This document shows positions 27,418 through 37,776 of a stretch of DNA of 64,000 bases, in pieces (position 1 is the stretch's first letter; each line of letters opens with the position of its first letter). The notes under the pieces are model-generated. The model was not told the origin of the DNA, ran no database searches, and worked only from the letters and a program-made list of their open reading frames with translations. Location: the NCBI GenBank assembly GCA_944389455.1, contig CALXMK010000001.1:132249-196248 (forward strand). Reading direction: 5' to 3'. Origin of the DNA: an uncultured Verrucomicrobiota bacterium (GTDB lineage: Bacteria; Verrucomicrobiota; Verrucomicrobiia; Limisphaerales; UBA1412). The translations under genes and the position numbers were made by a program.

Positions 27418-28416
27418 GTGTTGGAATCTAGAATCTATCCTTGCATGGTAGCAGGAACGGGCTCTTATGTTCCTGAAAAGATAGTAACTAATGTAGATTT
27501 TGAAAAAATTGTTGATACTAATGATCAATGGATAGTTGAGCGTACTGGTATCAAAGAAAGACGATTCGCAGCGGATAACGAATTTACATCTGATCTGGCA
27601 ACACAAGCCGCGCATAAAGCGATGATAAATGCTGGTGTTTCAGCAGAAGAAATTGATTTAATTGTTGTTGCAACAGTTTCATCTGATAATATTTTCCCTT
27701 CTACTGCAGCTCGTGTTCAAGTAAATCTCAATGCGATGAATGCAGCTGGTTTTGATTTAGAGGCTGCATGTGCAGGTTTTATTTATGCAATGGATGTGGG
27801 GAGTAAATTTGTTTCTGCCGGGATGTATAATAATGTTTTAGTTATTGGTGCAGAGAAACTTTCTTCTTTGATTGATATGCAGGATCGTTCCACTTGTATC
27901 CTGTTTGGAGATGGAGCTGGAGCCGTTGTTTTGCAGCGGGGCAATGAAAATACGGGACGTATACTTTCCAGTGTATTGGGATTAGATGGGCGGCGTACTG
28001 ATTTTCTGCAAATTCCAGCTGGAGGATGTAGAATACCGGCTTCGCACAAATCGATTGATGCTCGCCTTCATTATATAACTATGAAGGGAAAGGAAACTTT
28101 TAAATGGGCTGTTACTTACATGGTAGATTCTGCTAAGAAAGTCGTACAGAATGCAGGTTTTACTATGGATGAGATTTCTCTTGTCATTCCCCATCAGGCG
28201 AATTCTCGGATCATTATGGCTGCTGCAGAGCGGTTAAAGTTGCGAGATGATCAAATTTTTCTTAATGTAGAGAAGTATGGAAATACTTCTTCGGCTTCAG
28301 TAGCAATTGCTTTGGATGAAGCGCAGGTTTCAGGGAGAATAAAAAGAGGAGATAAGGTGCTTTTAGTAGCTTTTGGTGCAGGATTTAGTCTAGGAGCTAC
28401 TCTTTTGGAGTGGTAA
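27418..28416 (+). CDS. fabH: 3-oxoacyl-ACP synthase III FabH
   Basis: Active-site blocks AACAGF, PHQANSRI and GNTSSAS. GTG at 27418 is preceded by AAGAAGGAA. The track start at 27391 (TTG) and the ATG at 27445 are alternatives. Confidence 0.9.
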   Translation: MLESRIYPCMVAGTGSYVPEKIVTNVDFEKIVDTNDQWIVERTGIKERRFAADNEFTSDLATQAAHKAMINAGVSAEEIDLIVVATVSSDNIFPSTAARVQVNLNAMNAAGFDLEAACAGFIYAMDVGSKFVSAGMYNNVLVIGAEKLSSLIDMQDRSTCILFGDGAGAVVLQRGNENTGRILSSVLGLDGRRTDFLQIPAGGCRIPASHKSIDARLHYITMKGKETFKWAVTYMVDSAKKVVQNAGFTMDEISLVIPHQANSRIIMAAAERLKLRDDQIFLNVEKYGNTSSASVAIALDEAQVSGRIKRGDKVLLVAFGAGFSLGATLLEW

Positions 28417-28429
28417 GTTGTGATTGTTT

Positions 28430-29149
28430 TTATCCTAAATATTTATCAAATATTATAGATAAGAAAAAAGCTGGGACTACGGAAAAAAGAGAACTTGAAT
28501 TTTTATTGACTCTAATAAGAATCAGAAAAAGGTGCAGACAAAAATAGATAATGACAAATTTTGAGCAGGGAGTATTTTCGAGTTGAAAAAGTTGGAAAAT
28601 ATAGATAAGGGCTGTACCTAAGATAAATTGTGGAATAAGAATAAAAAGAGCAGTTTTTCTTAGTTTTTGAGTTAAAGTAATAGTTCCGAGCAGGTCGATA
28701 ATACTTTTAACGTAGAAAAGAAGAGGAGACCCCAGAAGACCGCAAAGACACGCTGCGCCAAAATTCAGAGGAGTTATACCAAAATAGACTAATCCTATTA
28801 TTAGAGATATTTTAGAGAGGCTCTGTTTCTTGCCAGGTTTAAGGGCTAAATAAGAGCTTTGAATTGAATTATTCAGTTTTATAATTATCTGTTGAAGAGG
28901 ACTTTTTTTAAAGATAAAGCTGCTGCTTATAAGGCAGAGCCATGTTAAGGTAAAGTATTTGATAAAATAAAGCCCTCCCTTAGAAAATAATTCTATTGAA
29001 AGTATAATAGCTATATAAAAAAGCCCTATAGCTAAAATTGTATGAATTGTGTTTTCTATTTTACCAGAAAGAGGAGGACGTAAAATTCCGGTAATTATGC
29101 CGATAATGATAGTTGCACTGTTGAAAAAGACACCTATATAAATAAGCAT
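28430..29149 (-). CDS. DUF554 (YqgA/YdfK-like) integral membrane protein
   Basis: 239-aa polytopic protein with N-terminus MLIYIGVFFNSATIIIGIITGIL resembling the DUF554 family. Tentative. Confidence 0.45.
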   Translation of the reverse strand: MLIYIGVFFNSATIIIGIITGILRPPLSGKIENTIHTILAIGLFYIAIILSIELFSKGGLYFIKYFTLTWLCLISSSFIFKKSPLQQIIIKLNNSIQSSYLALKPGKKQSLSKISLIIGLVYFGITPLNFGAACLCGLLGSPLLFYVKSIIDLLGTITLTQKLRKTALFILIPQFILGTALIYIFQLFQLENTPCSKFVIIYFCLHLFLILIRVNKNSSSLFSVVPAFFLSIIFDKYLG

Positions 29150-29233
29150 AACATATTATGCTCATAAATTACGAAGAGGTTCAATTTATTTTTAGTTTAG
29201 TTTTGTGTGATTTTGTGTCAGAATAAAGATGTT

Positions 29234-30520
29234 ATGAGTAACACTGCAAAAGTGGAGTTAGATGGTAAAGTGTATGAATTTCCCTGTGTGGTCGGGAGTG
29301 AAAATGAAAAGGGAATTGATATCTCTACTCTTAGGGCAAAAACGGGATATATTACGCTAGATGATGGATATGCAAACACGGGGTCTTGTAAGAGTTCTAT
29401 TACTTATATAGATGGAGAAAAGGGGATTTTGCGTTATCGGGGAATTCCAATTGAGGAGTTGGCAGAAAAGGCCTCTTTTGTGGAAGTGGCTTATCTCTTG
29501 ATTATGAATAAACTGCCTAATGCTTCAGAATTAAGGCGTTTTTCAGATTTATTAACTCGCAATGAAATGATTCATGAGGATATGAAAGTTCATTTTGAGG
29601 GATTTCCTTCTACAAGCCATCCTATGGCGATTCTTTCCGCAATGATTAATGCTGCAAGTTGCTTTTGGCAGGGATTGATTGATACTGATTCAGATGAGAA
29701 CTTTGAAATTCAGGCAGCGCGACTAATTTCTCAGGTTCGGACAATCGCTGCTTTTTCATATAGAAAATCAAGGGGATTGCCAATTATTTATCCAAAACCG
29801 TTTTATAGATATACGGCAAATTTTCTGCATATGATGTTTTCTGAGCCATATCAGGATTATGAGATGGATCCCGAGGCAATACGAGCTTTGGATATGATTT
29901 TTATTCTTCATGCTGATCATGAGCAGAATTGTTCGACTTCTACAGTTAGGATGGTGGCTTCAAGCCATTCCAATTTATTTGCCAGTGCAGCGGCAGGTGT
30001 TTGTGCTTTGTGGGGAGCTCGTCATGGAGGAGCGAATCAAGCTGTTATAGAGATGCTTCAGGATATTTTAAAATCGGGAGATGATGGTTCTCGTTTTATG
30101 GAAGAGATAAAAAATAAGAAGACGGGAAAACGACTAATGGGATTTGGGCATAGAGTTTATAAGAATTATGATCCCAGAGCGAAAATCATCAAACAAATTT
30201 GTGACGATTTATTACATAATCTTCATATGGGAGATCCTTTATTGGATATAGCGCGACGGTTAGAGGAGAAAGCATTAAATGATCCTTATTTTATTGAACG
30301 AAAACTTTATCCAAATGTGGATTTTTATAGTGGTATTATTATGAGAGCAATTGGGATTCCACTAGAGATGTTTACTGTTATTTTTGCAATAGGAAGAATG
30401 CCAGGATGGATTGCAAATTACAAAGAAGTGAGAGATTCAGCATCAAAGATTTATCGCCCAAGACAAATTTATGTAGGTAATACACTAACATCTTGTCCCA
30501 CAATTAATGAAAGATCCTAG
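29234..30520 (+). CDS. gltA: citrate synthase (type II)
   Basis: ..ILHADHEQNCSTSTVR.., ..GFGHRVYKNYDPRA.., ..PNVDFYSGI.. ATG at 29234 (MSNTAKVELDGK) preferred over the upstream track start. Confidence 0.93.
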   Translation: MSNTAKVELDGKVYEFPCVVGSENEKGIDISTLRAKTGYITLDDGYANTGSCKSSITYIDGEKGILRYRGIPIEELAEKASFVEVAYLLIMNKLPNASELRRFSDLLTRNEMIHEDMKVHFEGFPSTSHPMAILSAMINAASCFWQGLIDTDSDENFEIQAARLISQVRTIAAFSYRKSRGLPIIYPKPFYRYTANFLHMMFSEPYQDYEMDPEAIRALDMIFILHADHEQNCSTSTVRMVASSHSNLFASAAAGVCALWGARHGGANQAVIEMLQDILKSGDDGSRFMEEIKNKKTGKRLMGFGHRVYKNYDPRAKIIKQICDDLLHNLHMGDPLLDIARRLEEKALNDPYFIERKLYPNVDFYSGIIMRAIGIPLEMFTVIFAIGRMPGWIANYKEVRDSASKIYRPRQIYVGNTLTSCPTINERS

Positions 30521-30550
30521 ATATTAAGATTTCTTTCTCTTGTATAATTC

Positions 30551-30583
30551 AAAGCCGTGTTCTATACTAAACACGGCTTTTTT
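30551..30583 (+). terminator. intrinsic terminator after gltA
   Basis: Perfect 10-bp stem AAAGCCGTGT / ACACGGCTTT, 10-nt loop, T-run. Confidence 0.8.
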
Positions 30584-30588
30584 ATACA

Positions 30589-32856
30589 ATGAATAGATTA
30601 TTAAAGATATTAGGCACAGTTTCTTTTGTAATAGGTGTATTCTATTATGTTGTTTTGCTAAATGGATGTTCAAAAGGAGTAGAAACTGTGCCCGATTGGG
30701 GTAAGAAATTTTTAGTAGAGACTCAGAATTTATCTGCTATTTCTATTGAATACCCGTTAAATGAGGCAATGTTTCCTCCAGAGATTATTTCACCTACATT
30801 TATTTGGAAAGATAGTTCAACCAATGTGAATCGTTGGGTAATTGGATTTCAAATAGGGACGAATTATTTTAGTTTTTTAACATCAAAGCCTGCATGGAGA
30901 CCTGAGACAGATATTTGGAAGTTAATGAAAAGATCTTCTGTAAAGGAGTCGTTAAAAATACAAGTTTCTGGATTCAATAAAAAGCAGACACAAGAACCTC
31001 TTTCAACATCGACTGTGTGTATTTTTACCTCAGAAGATGAAGTTGGCGCTCCAATTTTTTATCGGGAAGTTATTTTACCATTTATAGATGCTGTAATAGA
31101 TCCAGGTAAATTACGTTGGCGTTATGGGACGATAGATATGGAAGAGACACCTCCTATTGTTTTGGAAGGATTACCTGTATGTGGAAATTGTCACTCATTT
31201 TCAGCAGATGGTACTCTCTTGGCAATGGATGTAGATTATGCTAATAGTAAAGGATCCTATGTTATTACTCGTATTCAAGAGCAAATGAAATTAAATAGCA
31301 GTGATATTATTACTTGGAATGATTTTAGACCAGAAGATAAAGAGTTGACATTTGGACTGTTGTCACAAATCTCTCCAGATGGTCGTTATGTTCTAAGTAC
31401 TGTAAAAGATAAATCTGTTTTTGTGCCAATGGAAGGACTTTATTATTCACAGCTTTTTTTCCCGCTGAAAGGGATTGTTGCTTGGTATGATCGTGTGACC
31501 GAAACTTATGCTGCACTGCAGGGTGCATGTGATCCGAAGTATGTTCAAAGCAATCCTACTTGGAGTCCAGATGGAAAGACCATCTTATTTGCTAGAGCTG
31601 AGACTTATGATCTTAGGCATACACAGGGAGAAGGTAAAACAATTTTGACTCGCGAAGAGTGCAAAGAATTTGTCGAAGATGGTAAACCTTTTTATTTTAA
31701 AATTTATAAAGTCCCTTTTAATGATGGAGCAGGAGGAGAGGCTGTTCCTTTGGAAGGAGCAAGTGAAGAGGGAGTAAGTAATTATTTCCCAAAATATTCG
31801 CCAGATGGGAAATGGATAGTATTTTGTAAATCATCTAGTTACATGTTATTGCGTGGTGATAGTAAACTTTATATTATGCCTGCAAGTGGAGGAATCCCCC
31901 GTTTAATGCGTTGTAATACAGATGAGATGAATTCTTGGCATAGCTGGTCTCCAAATGGAAAATGGCTTGTTTTTAGTTCGAAAAGGAATGGCCCATATAC
32001 GCAGCTATGGTTAACGCATATTGATGTAAACGGAGAAAGCACTCCTCCAGTTGTGCTTGATCAATTTACAGCAGCAGATAGAGCTGCAAATATTCCTGAG
32101 TTTGTAAATGCAAAAGGAGATGCTATTAAAAATATTTCACCTCACTTTTTAAATGATATCTCTTGGTGTAGAGCTGGAGATGAGTTTTATCGCAATGGCA
32201 GAGTACAAGAGGCTGTAACAAATTATCTAGGCGCATTGGAGATCAATCCCAACTGCTATCAGGCACATCAGAAATTAGGTTTTTTGTATTTTAATGTTAT
32301 TAATAAAAGTGAGGAAGGGCTGAATCATATGAAAAAAGCGTTGGAATTGGAGCCACGTTATGCAATGACTCAGTATGATTATGGAATGGCAAATTTAAGC
32401 CTTAAGAATTTTGAAGTCGCCAAAGAACATATCTCAAAAGCTATACAACTTGTTCCAAGAGGAATAGATGCGCAATATGAAGCCAGTGATATGCGTTATA
32501 ATCTGGCACGGTGTATGCTTTTTATGGGGGATATTGAAGAATCTATCAAGATGTTAGAACAATCTATCTCAATCAGAGATACAAACGCAAATGCATCCTA
32601 TTTACTTGCTTCGTTGTTAGTACAGATAGGGGAAATCCCAGCAGGAGTCCAACTTATGCATAAAGCGATTTCAATAGATCAGAAAGTGGATGTTAATCCA
32701 GAAATACATGCAGGAATAGCTGTTTATTATTCCAATATAGGAGAGTATGATGTTGCAATGAAAGAAGCAAAACAAGCTTACGATATGGCTTTGAGACAAC
32801 AGAAGACAGCTCTAGCTGCAGATATGCAAGATTTGCTTAGACAATTGGGACAATAA
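30589..32856 (+). CDS. lipoprotein with CXXCH motif, TolB-like PD40 beta-propeller repeats and C-terminal TPR repeats
   Basis: Lipobox LLNGC. CGNCH at 31180-31194. Four PD40-type repeats (SPDGRYVLS, WSPDGKTILFA, YSPDGKWIVFC, WSPNGKWLVFSS). TPR-like helices fill the last ~230 aa. Confidence 0.65.
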   Translation: MNRLLKILGTVSFVIGVFYYVVLLNGCSKGVETVPDWGKKFLVETQNLSAISIEYPLNEAMFPPEIISPTFIWKDSSTNVNRWVIGFQIGTNYFSFLTSKPAWRPETDIWKLMKRSSVKESLKIQVSGFNKKQTQEPLSTSTVCIFTSEDEVGAPIFYREVILPFIDAVIDPGKLRWRYGTIDMEETPPIVLEGLPVCGNCHSFSADGTLLAMDVDYANSKGSYVITRIQEQMKLNSSDIITWNDFRPEDKELTFGLLSQISPDGRYVLSTVKDKSVFVPMEGLYYSQLFFPLKGIVAWYDRVTETYAALQGACDPKYVQSNPTWSPDGKTILFARAETYDLRHTQGEGKTILTREECKEFVEDGKPFYFKIYKVPFNDGAGGEAVPLEGASEEGVSNYFPKYSPDGKWIVFCKSSSYMLLRGDSKLYIMPASGGIPRLMRCNTDEMNSWHSWSPNGKWLVFSSKRNGPYTQLWLTHIDVNGESTPPVVLDQFTAADRAANIPEFVNAKGDAIKNISPHFLNDISWCRAGDEFYRNGRVQEAVTNYLGALEINPNCYQAHQKLGFLYFNVINKSEEGLNHMKKALELEPRYAMTQYDYGMANLSLKNFEVAKEHISKAIQLVPRGIDAQYEASDMRYNLARCMLFMGDIEESIKMLEQSISIRDTNANASYLLASLLVQIGEIPAGVQLMHKAISIDQKVDVNPEIHAGIAVYYSNIGEYDVAMKEAKQAYDMALRQQKTALAADMQDLLRQLGQ

Positions 32857-32879
32857 GTTATGTTTTACATCTCTCATCA

Positions 32880-32914
32880 GCAGGAAGAAATTAATTTCTT
32901 CCTGCATGATTTTT
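32880..32914 (+). terminator. intrinsic terminator after the PD40/TPR gene
   Basis: Perfect 26-nt palindrome GCAGGAAGAAATT/AATTTCTTCCTGC, then ATGATTTTT. Confidence 0.6.
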
Positions 32915-32993
32915 AGAGTTTGCCGATTTATCAGAGATAAACAGCATATATTCATATGACGTTTAAATGTATTTAACTTTTGATAAGTTAAGT

Positions 32994-33060
32994 TTTACAC
33001 TTTCCCCGTTTTGTATTAGAATAATTGCTTTATGAAGGGATCATTCCTTCATAAATTTTT
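32994..33060 (+). promoter_or_regulatory. candidate ftsH promoter followed by a terminator-like 5' hairpin
   Basis: TTTACA (32994-32999), 17-nt spacer, TAGAAT (33017-33022). Then a 10-bp stem TTTATGAAGG / CCTTCATAAA (33029-33055) plus TTTTT (33056-33060), ending 5 nt before the ftsH ATG. Confidence 0.4.
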
Positions 33061-33065
33061 ACAGA

Positions 33066-35090
33066 ATGTCTGAACAACGAAAAGATAAAGGGGTTGATCC
33101 CAATAAATTAAAATCAAAAAAAGGGGATCATAAATCAGGACAGCCAATAGCGTCACATGGGATGCTTGCTTGGCTTTTTATTTTAGGAATTATTTGCATT
33201 TTAATCTTTTTCAAAGATGCTCCTGATAATGGGAAAATCCGCGTGCTTACTTATGCTGAATTAGTTAAGATAATAGATAGTTCTCAATCAATGGAAGGGA
33301 GCATTATATATAACCCACAAGCTCCTGAATTAAAGAAAATAGAAGGGAAATATATACCTAAGCTAGAAGAGGGAGCTTCTGTTCAGGCTGAGCCAGTAGC
33401 TTTTACAATTGAAACTTCTTTAACATCAGAAGTTCAAGAAAAGCTTTTGATGGCTGGTCTCAAGATGAAGGAGGCCAATTTGGCTTTGCAGAATTTGTTT
33501 CTCGGGATTTTGCCTTTCCTATTAATTGCTTTGTTCATCTATTATCTTTTGATGAGGCAGATTCGTTCTGCAAATAGAGGTGCTTCAACTTTTGGGAGGA
33601 GCCGTGCCAGAATGTTAAATAGGGATAAAAATAAAACAACTTTTAAAGACGTTGCAGGAGTAGATGAAGCCGTAGAGGAAGTTCGTGAATTAGCGGAATA
33701 CCTTAAAAATCCTAAAAAATTCCAAAATTTAGGAGGACGTATTCCTCGAGGAATTTTAATGGTTGGTTCTCCCGGAACTGGTAAGACTCTTTTGGCAAGG
33801 GCAATTGCTGGTGAAGCAGATGCAGATTTTTTCAGTATCAGTGGCTCAGATTTCGTAGAAATGTTTGTTGGTGTCGGGGCTAGTCGAGTACGAGATATGT
33901 TTGAACAGGCAAGAAAACATGCTCCCTGTTTGATTTTTATTGATGAAATTGATGCTGTGGGTAGAAGTCGAGGGGTTGGATTAGGGGGGGGGAATGATGA
34001 AAGAGAGCAGACATTAAATGCGCTTTTAGTTGAAATGGATGGATTTGAAGGTCAGGAGGGAATTATTATTATTGCTGCAACAAATAGACCTGATGTTTTG
34101 GATCCGGCACTATTACGTCCAGGACGTTTTGATCGACAAGTTGTTGTCAATCTCCCAGATATTAAAGGAAGAGAGGCTATATTGAAGGTTCATGCTGCAA
34201 AAGTCAAACTTGCTGAAAATGTAGATCTTAAAATTATAGCAAGGGGAACACCTGGATATTCAGGAGCAGAATTAGCTAATCTGTTAAATGAAGCAGCATT
34301 GATGGCAGCACGTGCTAATAAGTCTGAAATCCAAATGTCAGATTTAGAGGAAGCTAGAGATAAAGTGCGTTGGGGAAGTGAGAGGCGTAGCATGGCTTTG
34401 AGTGAGGAAGAAAAGATGATAACAGCTTGGCATGAATCTGGACATGCGATTCTTAATATACTTTTACCTCATACAGATCCTTTACATAAAGTAACTATTA
34501 TACCAAGGGGGCAGGCACTGGGAGTTACAATGTCTTTGCCGGAGGAGGATGTCCGGAATCGAACTCGAAATCAGATGCTATCCATGATTACAATGGCAAT
34601 GGGAGGACGAATTGCTGAAAAAATGGTTACTTCAGATATTTCTACAGGAGCAGCCGGAGATATAAAAATGGCGACCCAATTGGCTCGCAATATGGTTTGT
34701 CATTGGGGAATGAGTGATAGATTAGGGCCTGTTCTCTATGGTGAGGATAATGAATATATTCTCTTAGGAAGAGATATGGTTCGTGGCAAAGAATACAGTA
34801 ATGAAACTGCTAATCTGATTGATAAAGAGGTCAAACGACTAATTGATGAATCTTATGCAAATGCTGAAGACCTTATTCATACTAACAAAGATAAGGTTGA
34901 ACTTATTGCCAATGCATTGTTAGAGAATGAAACTTTGTCTGGTGAAGAGGTGGAATATTTGATGAAGAATGGGGCAATGCCTCCGGAAGCCACCCCGCCG
35001 CCACTTAATGAAGAAAAACAATTACTGGAGATTGAAAAAAAGGTAGAAGGAGCAGATTCTGATACAACTTCATCATCGGATAAATCTTAG
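33066..35090 (+). CDS. ftsH: ATP-dependent zinc metalloprotease FtsH
   Basis: Two N-terminal TM helices, Walker [12 protein letters not shown] region, and HESGH zinc site; 674 aa. Confidence 0.97.
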   Translation: MSEQRKDKGVDPNKLKSKKGDHKSGQPIASHGMLAWLFILGIICILIFFKDAPDNGKIRVLTYAELVKIIDSSQSMEGSIIYNPQAPELKKIEGKYIPKLEEGASVQAEPVAFTIETSLTSEVQEKLLMAGLKMKEANLALQNLFLGILPFLLIALFIYYLLMRQIRSANRGASTFGRSRARMLNRDKNKTTFKDVAGVDEAVEEVRELAEYLKNPKKFQNLGGRIPRGILMVGSPGTGKTLLARAIAGEADADFFSISGSDFVEMFVGVGASRVRDMFEQARKHAPCLIFIDEIDAVGRSRGVGLGGGNDEREQTLNALLVEMDGFEGQEGIIIIAATNRPDVLDPALLRPGRFDRQVVVNLPDIKGREAILKVHAAKVKLAENVDLKIIARGTPGYSGAELANLLNEAALMAARANKSEIQMSDLEEARDKVRWGSERRSMALSEEEKMITAWHESGHAILNILLPHTDPLHKVTIIPRGQALGVTMSLPEEDVRNRTRNQMLSMITMAMGGRIAEKMVTSDISTGAAGDIKMATQLARNMVCHWGMSDRLGPVLYGEDNEYILLGRDMVRGKEYSNETANLIDKEVKRLIDESYANAEDLIHTNKDKVELIANALLENETLSGEEVEYLMKNGAMPPEATPPPLNEEKQLLEIEKKVEGADSDTTSSSDKS

Positions 35091-35096
35091 AATATT

Positions 35097-36314
35097 ATGA
35101 ATTATTTAAGATATAAACTCCTTTGTTGGGCAATTATTTGCATTTTAAATTTGCCAGTTTTCCTTTTAGGAGCTGATAAGAAAGCCTTAGTTCTCAATGG
35201 GATAGATGTTCTTGTTGAAGAAAATTATAAATCTTTGGAGGGCAAAAGAATTGGACTTCTTACAAATCATACAGGCAGGGATAAAAAGGGAAACGCAACT
35301 ATTGATTTGCTCTTTAATGCTCCGGAAGTTGAATTGATCTCTCTTTTTGCTCCGGAACATGGAATTCGAGGTGATAAGGATCAAGCTGTTATAGAAGATT
35401 CCAAAGATGCAAAAACGGGATTGCATGTTTATAGCCTTTATGGGAAAACTCGGAAACCAACTCTTGAACAACTCAAAAATCTAGATGCCCTTGTTTTTGA
35501 TATTCAAGATATAGGTTGTAGATTTTATACCTATATTTCCACTATGGCCAATGCTATGGAGGTTGCAAGCCAAGCAGGAATAGAATTTATTGTTTTAGAT
35601 AGAATTAATCCCATTAATGGCATTTCAGTAGAAGGGCCTGTACAAATAGAAGAGAAAACTTTTGTGGGAATTCATTCAATTGCAATCCGGCATGGAATGA
35701 CAATTGGAGAGCTTGCACTTATGCTGAATGAAGAATGCTCATACAATGTTGATCTTACTATAGTCCAATTGAAGGGATGGAAACGTTCAATGTGGCAGGA
35801 TGATACAGATATTCCTTGGGTGAACCCTTCTCCAAATATGAGAAGCCTTTGGGAGGCTACTCTTTATCCTGGGATTGGTGTGTTAGAGTTTACTCCCATC
35901 TCTGTGGGAAGAGGAACAACAGTCCCATTTGAGCTTTTAGGTGCTCCTTATATTGATAAGGAATTATTTGCGAATTACTTGCATGAGTATGAGATTCCTT
36001 ATGTAGATTTTATTCCATTTGCTTACACTCCAACGTCGAGTGTATTTGCGAATCAGCTTTGTTATGGATTACGTTTTAATGTAATTGATAGAGATAAACT
36101 CCAAGTTATGGATTTAGGAGTTGCTATAGCGAAGATACTTTATCAGATTTATCCTAAAGATTATTCTTTGAAGAATTTGAGTATACTGATGTTGCATAAA
36201 CCAACAGAAAATGCAATTCGTGATGGAAAATCGCTTGATGAAATTCATAAAATTTGGGAATCAGAACTAAAAGATTTCAAAAAGCGTCGATCTAAATACC
36301 TTCTTTATCATTAA
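35097..36314 (+). CDS. DUF1343 family protein (YbbC/NamZ-like exo-beta-N-acetylmuramidase)
   Basis: 405 aa with a signal peptide. The blocks ..RIGLLTNHTG.., ..LFAPEHG.., ..DIQDIGCRFYTY.. and ..VLDR.NP.. are typical of DUF1343. Confidence 0.75.
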   Translation: MNYLRYKLLCWAIICILNLPVFLLGADKKALVLNGIDVLVEENYKSLEGKRIGLLTNHTGRDKKGNATIDLLFNAPEVELISLFAPEHGIRGDKDQAVIEDSKDAKTGLHVYSLYGKTRKPTLEQLKNLDALVFDIQDIGCRFYTYISTMANAMEVASQAGIEFIVLDRINPINGISVEGPVQIEEKTFVGIHSIAIRHGMTIGELALMLNEECSYNVDLTIVQLKGWKRSMWQDDTDIPWVNPSPNMRSLWEATLYPGIGVLEFTPISVGRGTTVPFELLGAPYIDKELFANYLHEYEIPYVDFIPFAYTPTSSVFANQLCYGLRFNVIDRDKLQVMDLGVAIAKILYQIYPKDYSLKNLSILMLHKPTENAIRDGKSLDEIHKIWESELKDFKKRRSKYLLYH

Positions 36315-36318
36315 TAGG

Positions 36319-36927
36319 ATGGGAATTACTCCGGAAGAATTTGAATTACTGCAAGCGAGGATAAAAAATAGTTCTGCATCTGTAGAAGAGATAGTTCCTC
36401 AGTCTAATCCTTCACATCAGATACTTCTAGGAATAGATCCTTCTTTAAGAGGAACAGGATATGGTATTATCCGTATAGAGCAGAATCTAGGGAGGAGATA
36501 TCCTGTTTTTTTGGTAGCTGGCACTATTAAATGTGAATCCACGTTAAGCCATTCTGCCTGTTTTGTTAAAATAGGGCAAACGATTCGAAAAGCAATTCAA
36601 GAATATTCTCCTACTGTTTGCGTGGTTGAAGGGCTTTTTTATGTACATAATCTTAGGACAGCCATTGTCATGGGAGAGGCTCGAGGGGCAGGATTATTAG
36701 TAGCTGCGGAAAACGGTTTGGAGATCTATGAAATGGCACCTCGCCGTGTTAAGCAGGCGATTGTTGGTTATGGTGCAGCCCAGAAACTTGCTGTTGCCAA
36801 AATGGTTCAAAGAATGCTTAATTTACAGGAATTACCTGCTCCGGATGCAGCTGATGCTCTTGCCTTGGCTTTAGCATACTTTCAAGAATCGGGCAAACCG
36901 GTATTTAGTCCTCTTAAAAAAATTTAA
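36319..36927 (+). CDS. ruvC: crossover junction endodeoxyribonuclease RuvC
   Basis: ILLGIDPSLRGTGYGII, ..EGLFY.., ..VKQAIVGYGAAQK.., ..PDAADALALAL. About 35-aa N-terminal extension. Confidence 0.9.
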   Translation: MGITPEEFELLQARIKNSSASVEEIVPQSNPSHQILLGIDPSLRGTGYGIIRIEQNLGRRYPVFLVAGTIKCESTLSHSACFVKIGQTIRKAIQEYSPTVCVVEGLFYVHNLRTAIVMGEARGAGLLVAAENGLEIYEMAPRRVKQAIVGYGAAQKLAVAKMVQRMLNLQELPAPDAADALALALAYFQESGKPVFSPLKKI

Positions 36928-36945
36928 GATATTTTATATTTGTAT

Positions 36946-37713
36946 TTAACTGATAGCTCCTTCTCTTTTAGCTATTTTTATAATATCTTCTCTTAAATCG
37001 CAGGCGACTTGTTTTCTATTTGAAACTCCTTGTATAGATTTGCCAAAAATTAGTTTGGCTTCTACTTGAGTTGTACAGAGTAAACGGAGTATATGGGGAA
37101 CAAAACCCATATCACCCCAAAAGCATACATCTTTTTCAATTGTGTATGGAAAGGAAACTTTATATCCGATCCAAGCACCTGTAACTGGCATTTGTAGTTT
37201 CACACATGGTTCGAGAAGAGATGAAAAAAAAGGTCTGACTTCATGACTATTTGTACTCGTCCCTTCTGGAAAGACAACTGCAATAATCCCTTCTTCAAGG
37301 ATAGGCAGAAACTCATTCGTAACTCTTTTTACATCTCCACGATGTTCTCGAGAGACGTAAAGTGTGCCAGCCAGACTTGTAATCCACCCTATTAGGGGCC
37401 AACTGCGTACTTGCTGTTTTGCAACAAAGATTGTCGGAATATTAGCAGCAATGACAAGAATATCCAAATAGCTGACATGAGTGGAGGCTAACATTCCATT
37501 TTTAGGAGGGATTCCGGCACAGGAATAAGAGATATTAAGCGCTTTTAAAACTCTTTGACTCCACTTTTGCAACCACGAAGCTTTAGCTTTATAATTGTGA
37601 TGAAGTCCTTTACCCCAAACATTGTTTTTATAGTCCCAAACAGCAGATAAAATTTCAAAGAAAAGAGAGAATCCCTTTCTAATTGCGCGGTAGAAAGTTC
37701 TTAAAACTTTCAT
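36946..37713 (-). CDS. lysophospholipid (1-acyl-sn-glycerol-3-phosphate) acyltransferase family protein
   Basis: HX4D motif (HVSYLD) and FPEGT motif; 255 aa. Confidence 0.8.
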   Translation of the reverse strand: MKVLRTFYRAIRKGFSLFFEILSAVWDYKNNVWGKGLHHNYKAKASWLQKWSQRVLKALNISYSCAGIPPKNGMLASTHVSYLDILVIAANIPTIFVAKQQVRSWPLIGWITSLAGTLYVSREHRGDVKRVTNEFLPILEEGIIAVVFPEGTSTNSHEVRPFFSSLLEPCVKLQMPVTGAWIGYKVSFPYTIEKDVCFWGDMGFVPHILRLLCTTQVEAKLIFGKSIQGVSNRKQVACDLREDIIKIAKREGAIS

Positions 37714-37722
37714 CTTTTAATT

Positions 37723-37754
37723 AAATAAAAAAGATCCCCGGATTCGAGGATCTT
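37723..37754 (-). terminator. intrinsic terminator after tsf
   Basis: Minus-strand stem AAGATCC / GGATCTT (7 bp, 10-nt loop) followed by TTTTATTT. Confidence 0.6.
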
Positions 37755-37776
37755 CTTCAATTGTTTAAAATTTAAT

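Noticed and set aside
33984-33992. G9 homopolymer inside ftsH as a possible phase-variation tract
   Set aside because: It encodes the conserved GLGGGN segment of an essential protease and is in frame. A slippage switch there would be lethal rather than regulatory. It matters only as an indel-prone site for sequencing.
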